Shown in pieces: positions 17,425 to 20,000 of a stretch of DNA of 20,000 bases (the stretch's first letter is position 1; every line of letters begins with the position of its first letter). The DNA is from an uncultured virus (IMG/VR IMGVR_UViG_3300034196_000153). Its lineage: Duplodnaviria > Heunggongvirae > Uroviricota > Caudoviricetes. Location of the stretch: the IMG/VR virus record IMGVR_UViG_3300034196_000153. The stretch is one strand, 5' to 3'. The position numbers and the translations under genes were made by a program. The notes under the pieces were generated by a model. That model saw only the letters and a list, made by a program, of their open reading frames with translations, had not been told where the DNA came from and did not search any database.

Positions 17425-17946
17425 ATGGAATGTGTAGTTAAGATACAGTTAAAAGAAAATGCACCTATCAAGAAAATCCTTGGTATCTTTAAAGTCAATA
17501 AAGCGAAAGAACGAGCTTCATTACTGGAAAAAGACAATGAGTATTTTAATCTTAAAAATGTATTGTCTATTCCTTATGGGATGCTAGGCGAAGATCCTCA
17601 AATTGTTATGGACTTCATTGTCTTTAAACTCACCGAAGCTTATGGCGTTCCTGAACTTCATGTGACTTCTGGTCAATCTTTGCCTTGTTATTATATCAAT
17701 AATACCAAAACTTTTCTAACGATGGACAACGAGCTGCAGCCTTATGGTATTAAGTTAGATGATTTCACACATTTAACCATTGAAGATGCAATTGCATTAA
17801 GGAATGATAAGACCGTTGACCATTCTATTGGCTTTGTGGAAAGTCGAACAATCATAGACAGCCAGTCAGAAGGGATTAAAACAGAAGTTAAAGACGCCAT
17901 AGAACGAGCTGAATTCATTCTTTATGACCATTTGGACAAAAAATAG
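17425..17946 (+). CDS. Hypothetical protein (start revised from 17395)
   Basis: GGAG RBS 7 nt before ATG 17425 (MECVVKIQL...). No motif recognised. Confidence 0.72.
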   Translation: MECVVKIQLKENAPIKKILGIFKVNKAKERASLLEKDNEYFNLKNVLSIPYGMLGEDPQIVMDFIVFKLTEAYGVPELHVTSGQSLPCYYINNTKTFLTMDNELQPYGIKLDDFTHLTIEDAIALRNDKTVDHSIGFVESRTIIDSQSEGIKTEVKDAIERAEFILYDHLDKK

Positions 17947-18009
17947 GCTTCATTATTTTAATATTGGTTTTTTATGTTAAAATTGGTATATTGAACATGA
18001 GATTTTAAT

Positions 18010-18651
18010 ATGGAACCTATTGAGTTAAGAAAGGATTTGTTGATTTGGATTGATTTGGAAACCACAGGTCTTGATGAAGATGACAATCTGAATGGTGTTC
18101 ATACTCATAAAATCCTTGAAGTTGGAATGCACATCACTGACGCCAACTATAATATTATTGATAAAGGCTTTGAAATTGTTATTCATCATAAAGAATCTGA
18201 CGTATTGGCGTTGATGAGTGATTATGTAAGAGATATGCATACTAACAATGGACTACTTGAGAAGGTTAAGAATTCTCCATTTTCTTTGGCTATGGCCGAA
18301 AAGATGATGTTAGATTATGTGAAAGATTTTAATATTTCACCACGTTCGAGTCCGATTTGTGGAAACAATGTGGGATTTGATAAGAACTTCATTACGGCAC
18401 AAATGCCTACTTTTGATAAGTTCCTACACTACCGCAAACTTGATGTCAGCAGCTTTAAAGAAGTCGCATGGAGACAATATCCAGAGATTGCTGCTCAACT
18501 TCAAAAGCCTAACAAGCATAGAGGACTTGATGATATTCAAGAATCCATTAAGGAATTAAAATTCTATTTAAATAATCTCTTCATACCACAAACACCTAAA
18601 ATAGAAGACAAACCTGAAACACCACAAAATATTAAAAAATTTAAACCTTAA
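18010..18651 (+). CDS. orn: Oligoribonuclease (DEDDh 3'-5' exonuclease)
   Basis: LIWIDLETTGLD (ExoI), ILEVG, MHTNNGLL, SPICGNNVGFDKNF (ExoII), LHYRKLDVSSFKE, HRGLDDIQESIKELKFY (ExoIII): the Orn signature set. Confidence 0.95.
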   Translation: MEPIELRKDLLIWIDLETTGLDEDDNLNGVHTHKILEVGMHITDANYNIIDKGFEIVIHHKESDVLALMSDYVRDMHTNNGLLEKVKNSPFSLAMAEKMMLDYVKDFNISPRSSPICGNNVGFDKNFITAQMPTFDKFLHYRKLDVSSFKEVAWRQYPEIAAQLQKPNKHRGLDDIQESIKELKFYLNNLFIPQTPKIEDKPETPQNIKKFKP

Positions 18652-18659
18652 TTCAAGTT

Positions 18660-18687
18660 AAAAAAAAAGCCTCATTACGAGGCTTTT
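18660..18687. terminator. Bidirectional terminator between orn and the convergent gene
   Basis: AAAAAAAAAGCCTC-attac-GAGGCTTTT. The loop overlaps the stop codon of the minus-strand gene. Confidence 0.75.
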
Positions 18688-19241
18688 GTTTTGGTGAGAT
18701 ATTCTTTCAATTCGGCACCACTGGCAAACGTGTCTTTAATATCTTCTTTCTTGATATTCTTACGTTTATCTTGAAGCTTGATAGCACCATCTTTAACACT
18801 GACGGCCAAGAAATCTACTGACTTGTCTTTGTTTTGGAACGCTACTGAGAAGGATTTCAAACCACCCAAGGAACCTTGGAATGCATTAATCTTCCATTGT
18901 GCGTCTTTGAACACTGATTTATTCAGGTCAAACATAAAGCGGAACAGATCAACTTGATTGCTAACTTCTTGTTCCAGACCATTTTTCAGTTCAACAACAT
19001 AAGTGTCATCGTTGTTTTTAACGCTCTGAATGGCTTCATCTACTGACTTGTAACCATGCTTCAGTTCAAACAGTTGACCAACATGGAACCCAACAAGGTT
19101 CTTTTTAAACCCTTCAATAAAAAAGGCAGAACGGTTGCTTTTACGAATCGACTGGTCTTTCTCTACAATCTTGATAGCTTCTTCCTTTGAATAGCCGCGT
19201 TTCTTCAACACTTCTAGGGATTCACTTTCGTAATTTTGCAT
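18675..19241 (-). CDS. Hypothetical protein, probably highly expressed (ATG 19241 or GTG 19247)
   Basis: AGGAG RBS, near-consensus promoter, and GC higher than neighbours with frequent CTG/CGT/AAC/TTC codons. Confidence 0.8.
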   Translation of the reverse strand: MQNYESESLEVLKKRGYSKEEAIKIVEKDQSIRKSNRSAFFIEGFKKNLVGFHVGQLFELKHGYKSVDEAIQSVKNNDDTYVVELKNGLEQEVSNQVDLFRFMFDLNKSVFKDAQWKINAFQGSLGGLKSFSVAFQNKDKSVDFLAVSVKDGAIKLQDKRKNIKKEDIKDTFASGAELKEYLTKTKAS

Positions 19242-19272
19242 TGGCACTTCTCCTGTTTTGTTTGAGCCGCCA

Positions 19273-19301
19273 AGTATATGGCTTGAATTGAATCATGTCA
19301 A
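19273..19301 (-). promoter_or_regulatory. Near-consensus sigma70 promoter
   Basis: Minus strand TTGACA-17 nt-TATACT. Confidence 0.8.
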
Positions 19302-19472
19302 GCACTTTTTTAACTGTTTTTAAAGTTAAAATTTAACCTTACTCTCTTTTGATGTTATTTTAATATTGGCTTAGTTGATGACTTGCATTTTTAGTTGTTT
19401 TTAAAATACTATAATATTTATTAAAAACCCTTTAAAATCAACCTTTTACAATGTTAAAAACACAATAAAAAA

Positions 19473-19502
19473 CTTGCTTTTTTAATCATTAAATGATACA
19501 AT
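19473..19502 (+). promoter_or_regulatory. sigma70-type promoter for the last ORF
   Basis: TTGCTT-18 nt-TACAAT with TG extension (ATGATACAAT). Confidence 0.5.
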
Positions 19503-19527
19503 ATATAGACAGAGAAAGGGACTATAA

Positions 19528-20000
19528 ATGACACATAAAGTATACATAAACTACAACGAAGTTCAAGGTTTTTTAGAGCAACTTGTCACACCCATCAAAG
19601 AAGAAAAGATCAGAGCATGGTTCAATAAGAAGTTAGCCAATCATTTGATGACCACTTACAAGAACGTGGCTGAGTTAGAAGTCGAGTCTGTTTATTCTTA
19701 TTTCAATAACCAAGAAGTCCCGATGGTTATTCAAAAAGCTGTTGAAAATGAAGAAAAGATTTATCACTTCAAAAAATCAATCGCGTTTAAAAATAAAATA
19801 TCACAAGTAGTCGATTACCTTAAACACCTTGAAAGTAAATCAGTGAACATCGCTGGTATGCCTTTTGACGTAGCTTATGAGCAATCAGATAAATGGCACA
19901 AAAGTTTTTCTAAACCTAAAAGAAAAGCCCTTTCCGTTGATATGACGGGCCTTAATCTCATCAAGACCTTTGATAATGATTGTTTCCTTGCTGAGTTGGT
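19528..20000 (+). CDS. 5' part of a probable PcfJ-like domain protein (runs off the window; not in the ORF track)
   Basis: Open frame from ATG 19528 (MTHKVYINYNEVQGFL...VVDYL...AYEQSDKWHKSF...LIKTFDNDCFLAEL). The S..WH helix followed by 'ktf.dg....eL' typically precedes the E...M.HCV core of PcfJ-like proteins, but that core is outside the window. Confidence 0.55.
   Translation, partial: MTHKVYINYNEVQGFLEQLVTPIKEEKIRAWFNKKLANHLMTTYKNVAELEVESVYSYFNNQEVPMVIQKAVENEEKIYHFKKSIAFKNKISQVVDYLKHLESKSVNIAGMPFDVAYEQSDKWHKSFSKPKRKALSVDMTGLNLIKTFDNDCFLAEL

Noticed and set aside
303..18559. Short overlapping ORFs (303..509, 2263..2505, 4843..5115, 5595..5840, 6131..6343, 6687..6878, 7816..8064, 9805..10077, 10728..10979, 14207..14407, 14314..14577, 14940..15134, 15232..15468, 17124..17387, 18025..18240, 18359..18559)
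   Set aside because: Shadow or alternate-frame ORFs lying within or largely overlapping better-supported genes, with no evident RBS and the F/I-rich composition typical of antisense frames in AT-rich DNA.
19302..19527. Replication origin in the AT-rich intergenic region
   Set aside because: No iterons, clear DnaA boxes or adjacent rep gene. Divergent promoters are enough to explain it.
1..20000. CRISPR array, tRNA, rRNA or IS element
   Set aside because: No regularly spaced short repeats, cloverleaf T/D-loop signatures, transposase motifs or terminal inverted repeats were seen. Intergenic gaps are short and explained by promoters and terminators.

Overview
AT-rich (roughly 30% GC by eye), gene-dense window with no housekeeping synteny. 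It reads as an accessory region of a large mobile replicon (jumbo phage or megaplasmid), probably with a proteobacterial host; this is an inference from sigma70-type promoters, orn, a lambda-phosphatase-like gene and a PcfJ-like gene. Left to right: (1) a signal-peptide-bearing putative His-metal-finger nuclease toxin plus an acidic SUKH-like immunity gene and a terminator (41-1614); (2) a PPP-family metallophosphoesterase with an unusual basic insertion; (3) several small hypothetical genes; (4) the dominant feature, a ~10 kb minus-strand cluster of nine diverged ~300-aa paralogs of an unrecognised family (5226-15120) with conserved core motifs and a conserved C-terminal tail (ELKEYFxLVEMxKI), several with their own TATGnTAYAAT extended -10 promoter; a non-homologous neighbour has a similar tail; (5) more hypothetical genes, including a secreted protein, an oligoribonuclease (orn), a gene with a near-consensus promoter and a truncated PcfJ-like gene. 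No rRNA, tRNA, CRISPR array, transposase or integrase was seen. All family calls come from motif recognition by eye, with no database search.
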